DNA of 48,188 nucleotides from an uncultured Bacillales bacterium (GCA_946414915.1 CAMKQK010000003.1:1-48188), one strand, 5' to 3'; positions 28,612 through 36,264 are shown, numbered from the stretch's first letter. Notes: generated by a model from the letters alone, not told the origin. Made by a program: numbers and translations.

Positions 28612-29799
28612 ATGAGCAAGGTTATTGTCCATATTGACTTGAACGCATTTTTTGCTAGATGCGAAGAAATTAAAGATCCATCCTTAGAGAATAAGCCAGT
28701 CGCTATTGGTCATGATGGTAGAGGCGGCATTGTTTCTACATGCTCATATGCAGCACGTAAGTATGGTGTCTCCAGTGCAATGCCGATGTTTAAGGCAAGG
28801 CAGTTATGCCCAAACCTCATTATTATTCCTGGTGATTATCATTACTACTCAGCGATGAGCAAGAAGTTCTTCAACTTTGTGAGACAATATACCAAGTTAG
28901 TGGAGCCTGCTTCTGTTGATGAATGTTTCGCGGATTTTACTGACGCGGTTAAAGAACAAAAGGATGTCGTGTCTTTCTTTAGAAAGTTACAAAACGATTT
29001 ATTTAAAGAGACAGGTCTTAAATGTTCCATCGGTGTTTCCACAACGCGTTTCTTAGCGAAGATGGCTAGTGACTATCAAAAACCAATGGGTTTAACTATC
29101 ATTCATAAAAGAGATATCGCTAATATGTTATTCCCACTAAAAGTGGAATCAATGTTTGGTGTTGGTAAAAGAACCGCTCCTAGATTAAAGAGCGTTGGTA
29201 TCAAAACCATTGGTGACCTTTATAGAAGACTAGAAACAGATGATGAAGAAGTAAAGAACATCTGTGGTAAATTCTTCTATACACTCAAAGAGTGGCTTGA
29301 AGGTAAGGGTTCAGACGATATTGAATTAGAGAAATGGGATCCAAAGTCTATTGGCAATTCCATAACGCTGCCTTATGACACAGATAACGCTACTGAGATT
29401 AAGAAATATTTCTTATCCTTAGCTAAAGAAGTATCCGAAAGAGCACAAAGAGAAGATAAACTTGGTCATACAATTCAAATCGTGGTCAAAGACCACACTT
29501 TCAAATCATTTAATAAATCAATGACTTTAGAGAATCCCACCAATAAATGGCAAGTCATCTATGATAGTGCGTGTTCTCTTTATGACAAGCATTTTACAAA
29601 TATCACCCTTAGACTAGTCGGAGTTACTCTTCAAAACTTAATTGATTACACCGATATGGCGGTGCAAATGTCACTTTTCGACTATTCTAAGCACGAAGAG
29701 GAAAGCAAAACTAAATTACTCATTAATGAACTGAATCGTTCCTTAAAGAAGCCATTATTAAAAAGAGCAAGCGAGGTGAAGAAAAATGGAAATCGTTGA
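28612..29799 (+). CDS. dinB: DNA polymerase IV (Y-family)
   Basis: IDLNAFFARCE and SVDECFADFT catalytic motifs. 395 aa. Confidence 0.94.
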   Translation: MSKVIVHIDLNAFFARCEEIKDPSLENKPVAIGHDGRGGIVSTCSYAARKYGVSSAMPMFKARQLCPNLIIIPGDYHYYSAMSKKFFNFVRQYTKLVEPASVDECFADFTDAVKEQKDVVSFFRKLQNDLFKETGLKCSIGVSTTRFLAKMASDYQKPMGLTIIHKRDIANMLFPLKVESMFGVGKRTAPRLKSVGIKTIGDLYRRLETDDEEVKNICGKFFYTLKEWLEGKGSDDIELEKWDPKSIGNSITLPYDTDNATEIKKYFLSLAKEVSERAQREDKLGHTIQIVVKDHTFKSFNKSMTLENPTNKWQVIYDSACSLYDKHFTNITLRLVGVTLQNLIDYTDMAVQMSLFDYSKHEEESKTKLLINELNRSLKKPLLKRASEVKKNGNR

Positions 29800-30661
29800 T
29801 GCGATTGATTTGTTTCATCAATACGTTCTCATAGAGAAAGGTCTTTCTCCTCAGACTTGGGTGTCTTATTTAGAAGACCTACAAGCCTTCTTTAACTACT
29901 ATAACGATAAGAAAAATACTGAGGACTTGTTAGAAACTGATTTATATGAATTCTTAAAGTTTGAACTCTCTTTAGGCAAGTCTGTTTCAACCGCGTTAAG
30001 AAGATTATCTTCCACGAGAAGTTTCTATCTCTTTCTGAAGAAAGAAGGCTACTATTTAGGTAACATTCCTGAAATAGAAACGCCTAAGAAGCCTAAACAT
30101 CTTCCTAACTGTTTAAGCGAAGAAGAGATTGACCGCTTATTAGAAGCTCCTGATATGGAATCGCCTTCTGGTATTAGAGATCGTGCGATGTTAGAAACAA
30201 TGTATGCTTCAGGCTTACGTGTTAGTGAATTATTAAATCTTAAAAAGGGGCAAGTCAATCTGACTAAAGGTATTATTACAGTTTTTGGTAAAGGGGCTAA
30301 AGAAAGAAAAGTTCCTATTGCGGAATACGCGATTGATTTCATTAAGAAATACATTAACGAAGTCAGAAACAAAAGTGAGCACAAAAGTAGCGAGTATCTA
30401 TTTTTGAATAGAAGCGGAGAACCTCTTAGCCGTATTTACTTCTTCAAACAAGTGAGAAAATACGCTGAAATGGCAGGTATTGATATGACCATATCTCCAC
30501 ATACACTCAGGCACTCATTTGCGACGCATTTGCTCAATCATGGAGCGCAACTCAGAATGGTGCAAGGCATGCTTGGACACACCAATATTGCCACCACACA
30601 AATATATACACATGTTTCTAGCGAGAAACTTAAATCAGATTATGATAAGATAATGAAGTGA
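29786..30661 (+). CDS. xerD: Tyrosine site-specific recombinase XerD (RipX-like)
   Basis: R..HxxR..Y signature (GLRVSEL, HTLRHSFATHLL, GHTNIATTQIYTHV). xerD-deoB adjacency as for B. subtilis ripX-drm. 14-nt overlap with dinB. Confidence 0.85.
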   Translation: MEIVDAIDLFHQYVLIEKGLSPQTWVSYLEDLQAFFNYYNDKKNTEDLLETDLYEFLKFELSLGKSVSTALRRLSSTRSFYLFLKKEGYYLGNIPEIETPKKPKHLPNCLSEEEIDRLLEAPDMESPSGIRDRAMLETMYASGLRVSELLNLKKGQVNLTKGIITVFGKGAKERKVPIAEYAIDFIKKYINEVRNKSEHKSSEYLFLNRSGEPLSRIYFFKQVRKYAEMAGIDMTISPHTLRHSFATHLLNHGAQLRMVQGMLGHTNIATTQIYTHVSSEKLKSDYDKIMK

Positions 30662-30670
30662 GGAATTCAT

Positions 30671-31873
30671 ATGAATAATTACAAATATAAAAGAATATTT
30701 GTCATCGTTGCTGATTCTATGGGAACCGGCTATTTAGATGACGCTGATAAGTTTGGCGATAAAGGCTCCAATACTTTATTACACATCGGTGAAAAGATGC
30801 CTAACGGTTTAAACGTTCCTAATTTAAATAAATTAGGTATGGGTGACTTAGATCCAATTAGAGGCACAAGCAAGGTTGATCACCCACACGCCTATGTCTC
30901 CAAAGCTAGAGAAGTCAGTAATGGTAAAGACACCATGACTGGACACTGGGAAATCATGGGTATCAACACCCAAGTCCCATTTCAAACATTTACCGATACA
31001 GGTTTCCCAAAAGAACTCATTGATGAATTAGAAAAAAGAACTGGTCACAAAGTGATTGGTAACAAAGCCGCTTCTGGTACAGAAATCTTAGTGGAACTCG
31101 GTGAAGAACAATGTCGAGACAATTCTTTAATCGTCTACACATCTAGTGACTCTGTTTTACAGATTGCCGCGCATGAAGAAGTTACAGGCTTAGAAGAATT
31201 ATACAGATGCTGCGACATCGCTAGAGAAATCTGCATGAAACCAGAATGGATGGTGGGAAGAATTATCGCTCGTCCATACGTTGGCACAGATAAAACCAAT
31301 TTCAAGCGTGTTACCGGTCATAGACATGACATCGCTCTTAAGCCAAGCGCTCCAACAGTGATGAATGTTTTACAAGATAACGGCTTCATGACCAGCTGCA
31401 TTGGTAAGATTGGTGACATTTTCGACATGTATGGCGTCGTTAAGACACAAAAGACAGTCTCTAACGAGGACGGCATGGATAAGACCATAGAAGAGGCTAA
31501 AAACCATGATTTCACCGGTCTATGTTTCGTCAACTTAGTGGAATTCGATAGCGAATATGGTCATAGACGTAATCCAATTGGCTATGGTGAATGTATTGAA
31601 AGATTCGATAAGAGAGTAGGGGAACTCCTTCCTTTCTTAAAAGAAGACGATTTGTTAATCATCACCGCTGATCATGGTAATGACCCAACTTGGACTGGTA
31701 CAGACCACACAAGAGAAAAGATTCCTCTTCTTATCTATAGCAAGAGCATAAACAACGGTGGATATTACCCAGAAAGAATGTCCTTCGCTGATATTGGTGC
31801 AACAATCCTTAAAAACTTCAATATTAAGAAGCCAGAACACCTATTGGGTAAACCAATAGAAGAGCTATTCTAA
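30671..31873 (+). CDS. deoB: Phosphopentomutase
   Basis: 400 aa. ITADHGNDPTWTGTDHTRE metal-binding motif. GAGGA SD. Confidence 0.94.
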   Translation: MNNYKYKRIFVIVADSMGTGYLDDADKFGDKGSNTLLHIGEKMPNGLNVPNLNKLGMGDLDPIRGTSKVDHPHAYVSKAREVSNGKDTMTGHWEIMGINTQVPFQTFTDTGFPKELIDELEKRTGHKVIGNKAASGTEILVELGEEQCRDNSLIVYTSSDSVLQIAAHEEVTGLEELYRCCDIAREICMKPEWMVGRIIARPYVGTDKTNFKRVTGHRHDIALKPSAPTVMNVLQDNGFMTSCIGKIGDIFDMYGVVKTQKTVSNEDGMDKTIEEAKNHDFTGLCFVNLVEFDSEYGHRRNPIGYGECIERFDKRVGELLPFLKEDDLLIITADHGNDPTWTGTDHTREKIPLLIYSKSINNGGYYPERMSFADIGATILKNFNIKKPEHLLGKPIEELF

Positions 31874-31900
31874 TATATATTAGAAGAAATGTGAAAAAAG

Positions 31901-31925
31901 GGCCTAAATATTAGGTTCTTTTTTC
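31901..31925 (+). terminator. Rho-independent terminator after deoB
   Basis: Stem GGCCTAA/TTAGGTT (two G-U pairs), 3-nt loop, CTTTTTT tail. A preceding A-tract makes it potentially bidirectional. Confidence 0.65.
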
Positions 31926-32023
31926 ATTTATTTAGATACTTTCTTTTTCACACACATAGGCGTATGCTCTTGTATTTGTGCGCATGATGCACGCGCTTTA
32001 TTTAAAAGAAAAGGAGACCCAAT

Positions 32024-32662
32024 ATGGACGAAAAACAAAGCAAAGAATTGATTGAAAATGAAGAAGAGTATGAAGGAAACGAAGAGACGTTGAAAAGAAC
32101 ATTAACATTCAGAAAACGCAAAGAAGAGCTAAAACAAAGATACCTTGAAGGCGATGAACTGTTCGATATGAAAAGATATATCAACAAGCATATTTACCTT
32201 TACCGTAACTTTGAGCCAACATTCGAAGTCGAACCAGGCGAAATCTATTATGCAGACTTTCCAGTTGGATTCGGTTCTGAGATTCACGGCAGACATCCAG
32301 TCGTCGTTTTAAACAAATCCGGAGTCAAGTATCCAATCATGACAGTCATCCCATTAACAAGCAAGTCTTGTAACAAGGTAAGCGACTTTGACCTTGGCGT
32401 TATTGAAGGCTTATCCAAAAACAATGAGCATTCAATTGCCGTGATTAACCAGACAAGATCCATTGACAAAAGAAGAATCGTTGTCGAGGAAGTCATTGAT
32501 AGTCTCATGGCCAGAGAAAGAAAGAATCCTTGTGAACCAGGAGAAGAAATACGTATTGAAACACTAAAGATATGTAGGTTACCAAAAGAAAAGTTAGATC
32601 ATTTACGCAATAAGGTGAAAAGATTCATCGGCTACAACAAGATCTCAAGCAAGAGAATCTAA
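32024..32662 (+). CDS. MazF/PemK-fold protein with long N- and C-terminal extensions; no adjacent antitoxin gene
   Basis: Residues ~70-165 match the PemK/MazF pattern (GEIYYADF..GSEIHGRHPVVVLN..VIPLTSK..VINQTRSIDKRRI). Charged 70-aa N-extension, basic 47-aa C-extension. AAGGAG SD. Confidence 0.8.
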   Translation: MDEKQSKELIENEEEYEGNEETLKRTLTFRKRKEELKQRYLEGDELFDMKRYINKHIYLYRNFEPTFEVEPGEIYYADFPVGFGSEIHGRHPVVVLNKSGVKYPIMTVIPLTSKSCNKVSDFDLGVIEGLSKNNEHSIAVINQTRSIDKRRIVVEEVIDSLMARERKNPCEPGEEIRIETLKICRLPKEKLDHLRNKVKRFIGYNKISSKRI

Positions 32663-32716
32663 TTAGTAGTTTTCTAGTAGTTTTAAAATTGCTAGATTTT
32701 GTGTAAAACTACACAG

Positions 32717-32766
32717 CAGTTTATGGATGATATATCTAATATTGTCACATAACTGTTTTTTCTTTT
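32717..32766 (+). terminator. Possible terminator of the MazF-like gene
   Basis: Outer stem CAGTT/AACTG enclosing an imperfect long hairpin, followed by TTTTTTCTTTT. Confidence 0.4.
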
Positions 32767-32797
32767 ACTCTGTAATAATGTCTTTTTTAGATTGTTT

Positions 32798-32825
32798 AGT
32801 TAACATAATGGCAATTATGCGAAGT
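32798..32825 (-). other. dif: dif chromosome-dimer resolution site (XerC/XerD)
   Basis: Minus strand ACTTCGCATAA-TTGCCA-TTATGTTAACT. Arms match B. subtilis dif at 8/11 and 10/11, and E. coli dif at 8/11 and 10/11. Located at the + to - gene-orientation switch. Confidence 0.72.
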
Positions 32826-32846
32826 AAATATAAAAGAGGAAATTGA

Positions 32847-32879
32847 TGTGGAAAATGTGGAAAAGTGAGTTTATCCACA
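32847..32879. promoter_or_regulatory. Cluster of three DnaA-box-like 9-mers
   Basis: TGTGGAAAA (32847-32855) and TGTGGAAAA (32856-32864) are each 8/9 to the complement of TTATCCACA. A perfect TTATCCACA (32871-32879) lies in the opposite orientation. Confidence 0.45.
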
Positions 32880-32983
32880 ATCGGCACTTCTCTCTTAAGA
32901 TCTATACCAAAACAGCCATTTTTCCAATTGCCTATTTTTGTGATTTTCAGCGATTTTGTATCAAAATGTGTGTTAAGATACTG

Positions 32984-33012
32984 GCAAAGAAAAAGGCCTC
33001 ATTTCTGAGACC
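32984..33012 (-). terminator. Rho-independent terminator of the yqeG-yqeH-yhbY-nadD operon
   Basis: Minus strand GGUCUCA-GAAA-UGAGGCC followed by UUUUUCUUU, 26 nt after the nadD stop. Confidence 0.8.
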
Positions 33013-33037
33013 ATTTATTCGTTCTTTTTGCCCTATT

Positions 33038-34117
33038 TTATTCGTCTAAATAATAGGCGAAACAGTCTGCGGTGAATCTATTGTCCACCATTTTATCCTT
33101 GCTAATTAGGTATTCTTTATTGGCCTTTAAGACTGTAATGAAGCCCTTATCAAAGTCTTCGTACATCGCCTTAATAAGGTCACTAGAATCGTATGGGCGA
33201 GTTGGTTCTATCTTATCGGAAACGAAAACTAGCTTCTCTAACCAGCCCATTTTCTTTCTTCCAGTCGTATGATACTTGATCGCATCTAAGATTTCAGTGT
33301 CCGCAACGCCGAATTTATCACGGGCCACCATTGCTCCTAAGAATTGATGGTAAGCATAAGCGCCAATGTCTAAGAATCCTGGATAGAATTCCTTCATCAT
33401 TCTTAATGATTCTTCATCACTAATGCCTTTAGCGATGTCGTGCAAGATTCCAGCGACATAAGCTTTAGAGAAATCTAAATGATGATGCATCGCTAATTGG
33501 TAAGCCATATGAGCGACTGATTTAGAATGTTTAAAGCGACTCTCTTTTAAGAGAGGCTTAACTTTCTTAATGAAATATAGTTCGTTATCTTCGATATATC
33601 TAATGACATCTTCTTGTAAGAAGGCGCTTCTTAGCTCTCTAATGTCAGATGATGAAACATCCGCGGTAGGACCAGAAATCGCAATCATATGGTATTTATC
33701 CACGTTGACTTGATTAAGCTCGTATTTTGGCCTTTCATAATAGATTATTTGGGTGTTTTTAGCGATTTCTTCAGGCTTTGCCCATTCATGGAAGGCATTT
33801 ACCTGGTCTTGACCAATTAAAAAGTAGAGTTTGTCGTTAGGATACTTCTTCATAAAGTATTCAACTGTCTGATAAGAACGAGGCTGTTCTTTTTGGTCGA
33901 GTTCAAAAGTATCCACGCTGAAGCCTGGAATATTTTTGATGGCAAGTTGCACCATCGCTAATTTGTGCTCTTGGTTAATGGAAGAACTTTTCCAAACCGC
34001 AATTTTCGCGGGTACGAAAATAACTTCACCTGGATATGCCTGTTGCGCCATGATGGCCATATTGATATGTCCAAGATGAATGGGATCGAAACCACCACCG
34101 AAAATAATTCTGTTCAT
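33038..34117 (-). CDS. nadD: Fusion of nicotinate-nucleotide adenylyltransferase (NadD) and YqeK HD-domain phosphohydrolase
   Basis: N-terminal GGGFDPIHLGH (HxGH) motif. C-terminal HD domain (HSKSVAHMA, GILHDIAKG). The two genes are separate neighbours in B. subtilis. Confidence 0.88.
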   Translation of the reverse strand: MNRIIFGGGFDPIHLGHINMAIMAQQAYPGEVIFVPAKIAVWKSSSINQEHKLAMVQLAIKNIPGFSVDTFELDQKEQPRSYQTVEYFMKKYPNDKLYFLIGQDQVNAFHEWAKPEEIAKNTQIIYYERPKYELNQVNVDKYHMIAISGPTADVSSSDIRELRSAFLQEDVIRYIEDNELYFIKKVKPLLKESRFKHSKSVAHMAYQLAMHHHLDFSKAYVAGILHDIAKGISDEESLRMMKEFYPGFLDIGAYAYHQFLGAMVARDKFGVADTEILDAIKYHTTGRKKMGWLEKLVFVSDKIEPTRPYDSSDLIKAMYEDFDKGFITVLKANKEYLISKDKMVDNRFTADCFAYYLDE

Positions 34118-34404
34118 TAGATTTTGATCTTTGGATTTTCTTTATTCCTACGGAATAGGATAATAACTCTACCCATCACATGGACGAGTTCAGCGTTTAA
34201 CTTATTGGAAATATCAATAGCGATTTCCATGATTGGTAAGGAACAACCTTTCATGACATCGATTTTGATTAATTCATGTGCAGTTAAAGCTTTATCAAGC
34301 ATGCTGATAAGAGTTTCAGAGATTTCATTTTTACCAATTTGGTAACGAATTGTTAATGTGGACGCTAAAGCTTTTAGGTCACGTTTTTGTTTTGGTGTTA
34401 ACAT
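34117..34404 (-). CDS. yhbY: YhbY/CRS1-family RNA-binding protein (YqeI)
   Basis: 95 aa. LTPKQKRDLKALA...IGK pattern. Operon position between yqeH and nadD. Confidence 0.85.
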   Translation of the reverse strand: MLTPKQKRDLKALASTLTIRYQIGKNEISETLISMLDKALTAHELIKIDVMKGCSLPIMEIAIDISNKLNAELVHVMGRVIILFRRNKENPKIKI

Positions 34405-34409
34405 ATATT

Positions 34410-35552
34410 TTACTTTCTAATCTTTGCTAAACTTTCTCTAAGAGAAACGCCCTTTGGTAAACGGACACGAATCATTTGTCCTTGGGCAATAAATGATAAC
34501 CAGCCTAAGCCTTCAATGGCGATATCGTGCCATTTGTTATCATTTTCCATGGCAAACTCAAACATATCGTAGTCTAAGAAGCTGACTAATCTTTCAGAAA
34601 CTGGTCTAGCGAAACGACGAATATTGTTTTCGTTAATCGCATCATCAAGTTTCTTTAATTGCACTTTCTTAGTTTCCACGCCTTCTGCGGCATAGAAGCG
34701 ATAATTTGTGGTCTTGCCTTTAATAACTTCAAAGGCGGCTAAGGAACCTACCATGAATGCATCGCCTGCGCTGAGCATACGATTGGTAACTTTAATGGCT
34801 TTCTTTGGAGTAATTTGTCTGATGACATCTTTTTCTAATCTACCTTGAGCGGATGTTGTTTGAGAAATACCTGGTAGTTCATAGAAGAATGATGAACGGG
34901 ATAATGGGATTTCTAACACGCTGACGCTTGTACCTGGGTAGGTAATAGTCTTAATTTGACGTGTGGTTTTGTTTTCAAAACCCTTCATCGCTTTATTAAT
35001 AATGGATGTTTTACCAGAGGTAGAATTACCGATCATGTAAACGTCATGACCTTTTCTAGCCACGTTCATCGCATCAATTAATTCTTTAGAATCCATCTTG
35101 CTAGCAGCGCCAAATAATCTGACACTCTTTGGTTTAATACCGTATTCATTGAATCTTTCAGTTAAGTAAGCCACTAAGGATTCATCCTTCATGTTAACTG
35201 GGAATAAGTCGCGTTTTGTACCGACAACAGTAACATTAAGTTTCTTAACTTTCTTAGCGATTTCGCTATTTAATTGACCATTGAATGAGAACAAATCGAC
35301 AACCCAAATAATGTAGGCGTCTGTAGCGAATGCGTCATCAAGTATTTTCAATACTTCTTTATCAACTTCTTGCTCAAGTTCGCTGTTATTGAAAGCCTTC
35401 ATTGTTTCAAAGCATTTATCACAGTAAATGATTTGGATTGGTGTGGCGCGGTGTAATGATTCAGGGATGATATAACCCTTTTCATTCTCATTTTCACATT
35501 GCAAAATTGCACCGCAGTGATAACAACGTAATACTCTACTGCTCTTGCCCAT
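34410..35552 (-). CDS. yqeH: Circularly permuted ribosome-biogenesis GTPase YqeH
   Basis: N-terminal CxxC...CxxC zinc knuckle. G4 (GTKRD) precedes G1 (GNSTSGKTS). Confidence 0.9.
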   Translation of the reverse strand: MGKSSRVLRCYHCGAILQCENENEKGYIIPESLHRATPIQIIYCDKCFETMKAFNNSELEQEVDKEVLKILDDAFATDAYIIWVVDLFSFNGQLNSEIAKKVKKLNVTVVGTKRDLFPVNMKDESLVAYLTERFNEYGIKPKSVRLFGAASKMDSKELIDAMNVARKGHDVYMIGNSTSGKTSIINKAMKGFENKTTRQIKTITYPGTSVSVLEIPLSRSSFFYELPGISQTTSAQGRLEKDVIRQITPKKAIKVTNRMLSAGDAFMVGSLAAFEVIKGKTTNYRFYAAEGVETKKVQLKKLDDAINENNIRRFARPVSERLVSFLDYDMFEFAMENDNKWHDIAIEGLGWLSFIAQGQMIRVRLPKGVSLRESLAKIRK

Positions 35553-36072
35553 ATTTTGTCCTCCAATCTGGCATTTTGCCTTTTTTCACTAGATGTTTTC
35601 GAATCGGTCTATCTAATAGACGATTGAAATGGGTGGTAAATTGATCTTCTTTGACAACCTTTTCGGTTAATACCACACGGATATGTGCTCCTTTAGCCGC
35701 AAGTACGTCTGTCATAAGTTGATCACCGACAAGCATGACTTCCTCAGGCTTGTAACCATTTTCCTTTAGGAACTTTTTGATTTTCCCTGAGAATGGCTTA
35801 CGTGCGGAGTTGATGCACTCGCAATTTGCAGCGTCTGCATATGTCTTCACACGCTTACCGCGATTGTTAGAAACAATCACTACATGAAGACCGCTTTCTT
35901 TAAGAGCGTTAAGTTGATTAACCGCTCTTTCCGTCGGTAAAGATAAACGATAGCTGTCCAACGTATTATCTAAGTCTATTAAAAGGACACTAACGCCTTG
36001 TTTCTTATAGAAATCCACTGGGATCTCGTAGATGGATTGGGCGTGTGCGAAGGGAATGAATTTGCTGAACAT
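35536..36072 (-). CDS. yqeG: HAD-superfamily phosphatase YqeG
   Basis: HAD motif I LIDLDNTL, motif II VSNN, motif IV GDQLMTD. 17-nt overlap with yqeH. Confidence 0.88.
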   Translation of the reverse strand: MFSKFIPFAHAQSIYEIPVDFYKKQGVSVLLIDLDNTLDSYRLSLPTERAVNQLNALKESGLHVVIVSNNRGKRVKTYADAANCECINSARKPFSGKIKKFLKENGYKPEEVMLVGDQLMTDVLAAKGAHIRVVLTEKVVKEDQFTTHFNRLLDRPIRKHLVKKGKMPDWRTKYGQEQ

Positions 36073-36112
36073 ATTTATCTATATATAAATAATAACCGAT
36101 TTTCTTCCTGAA

Positions 36113-36138
36113 TGTGAGAAATATTAATACTTCTCACA
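36113..36138. promoter_or_regulatory. Perfect 8-bp inverted repeat upstream of yqeG
   Basis: TGTGAGAA-N10-TTCTCACA, 40-65 nt upstream of the yqeG ATG and just downstream of the parC terminator. Confidence 0.35.
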
Positions 36139-36162
36139 AGCAATAAGCTAATTCTGTCACAA

Positions 36163-36186
36163 CAAAAAAGCCTCATTTCGAGGCTC
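36163..36186 (-). terminator. Rho-independent terminator after parC
   Basis: Minus strand AGCCUC-GAAAU-GAGGCU followed by UUUUUU. Confidence 0.8.
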
Positions 36187-36264
36187 TCATTATTATTAAT
36201 TGTTTTGCTATATAACTATGTTATATGTTTTACTAGTTTAATACTAACTATCTACTTTAGTATT

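Noticed and set aside
31984-32055. 23-codon ORF (MMHALYLKEKETQYGRKTKQRID) upstream of and overlapping the MazF-like gene, as a possible antitoxin
   Set aside because: It has no SD, is out of frame across the MazF-like SD and start, and is too short and basic for a MazE-like protein.
32847-32879. The DnaA-box trio interpreted as oriC
   Set aside because: No dnaA or dnaN is nearby and no obvious AT-rich unwinding element stands out. Gene orientation converges here rather than diverging, and a dif-like site is 22 bp away. Terminus context is more likely; reported instead as a non-origin box cluster.
32843-33049. 68-aa ORF (MMWKMWKSEFIHNRHF...) with an AGAGGA SD-like element upstream, in the dif-proximal gap
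   Set aside because: The composition is Phe/Cys/Lys-rich, as expected from translating T-rich non-coding DNA. The ORF runs through the nadD terminator hairpin and into the nadD 3' end on the other strand. Its first codons are the DnaA-box-like tandem repeat. Treated as non-coding, though not formally excluded.
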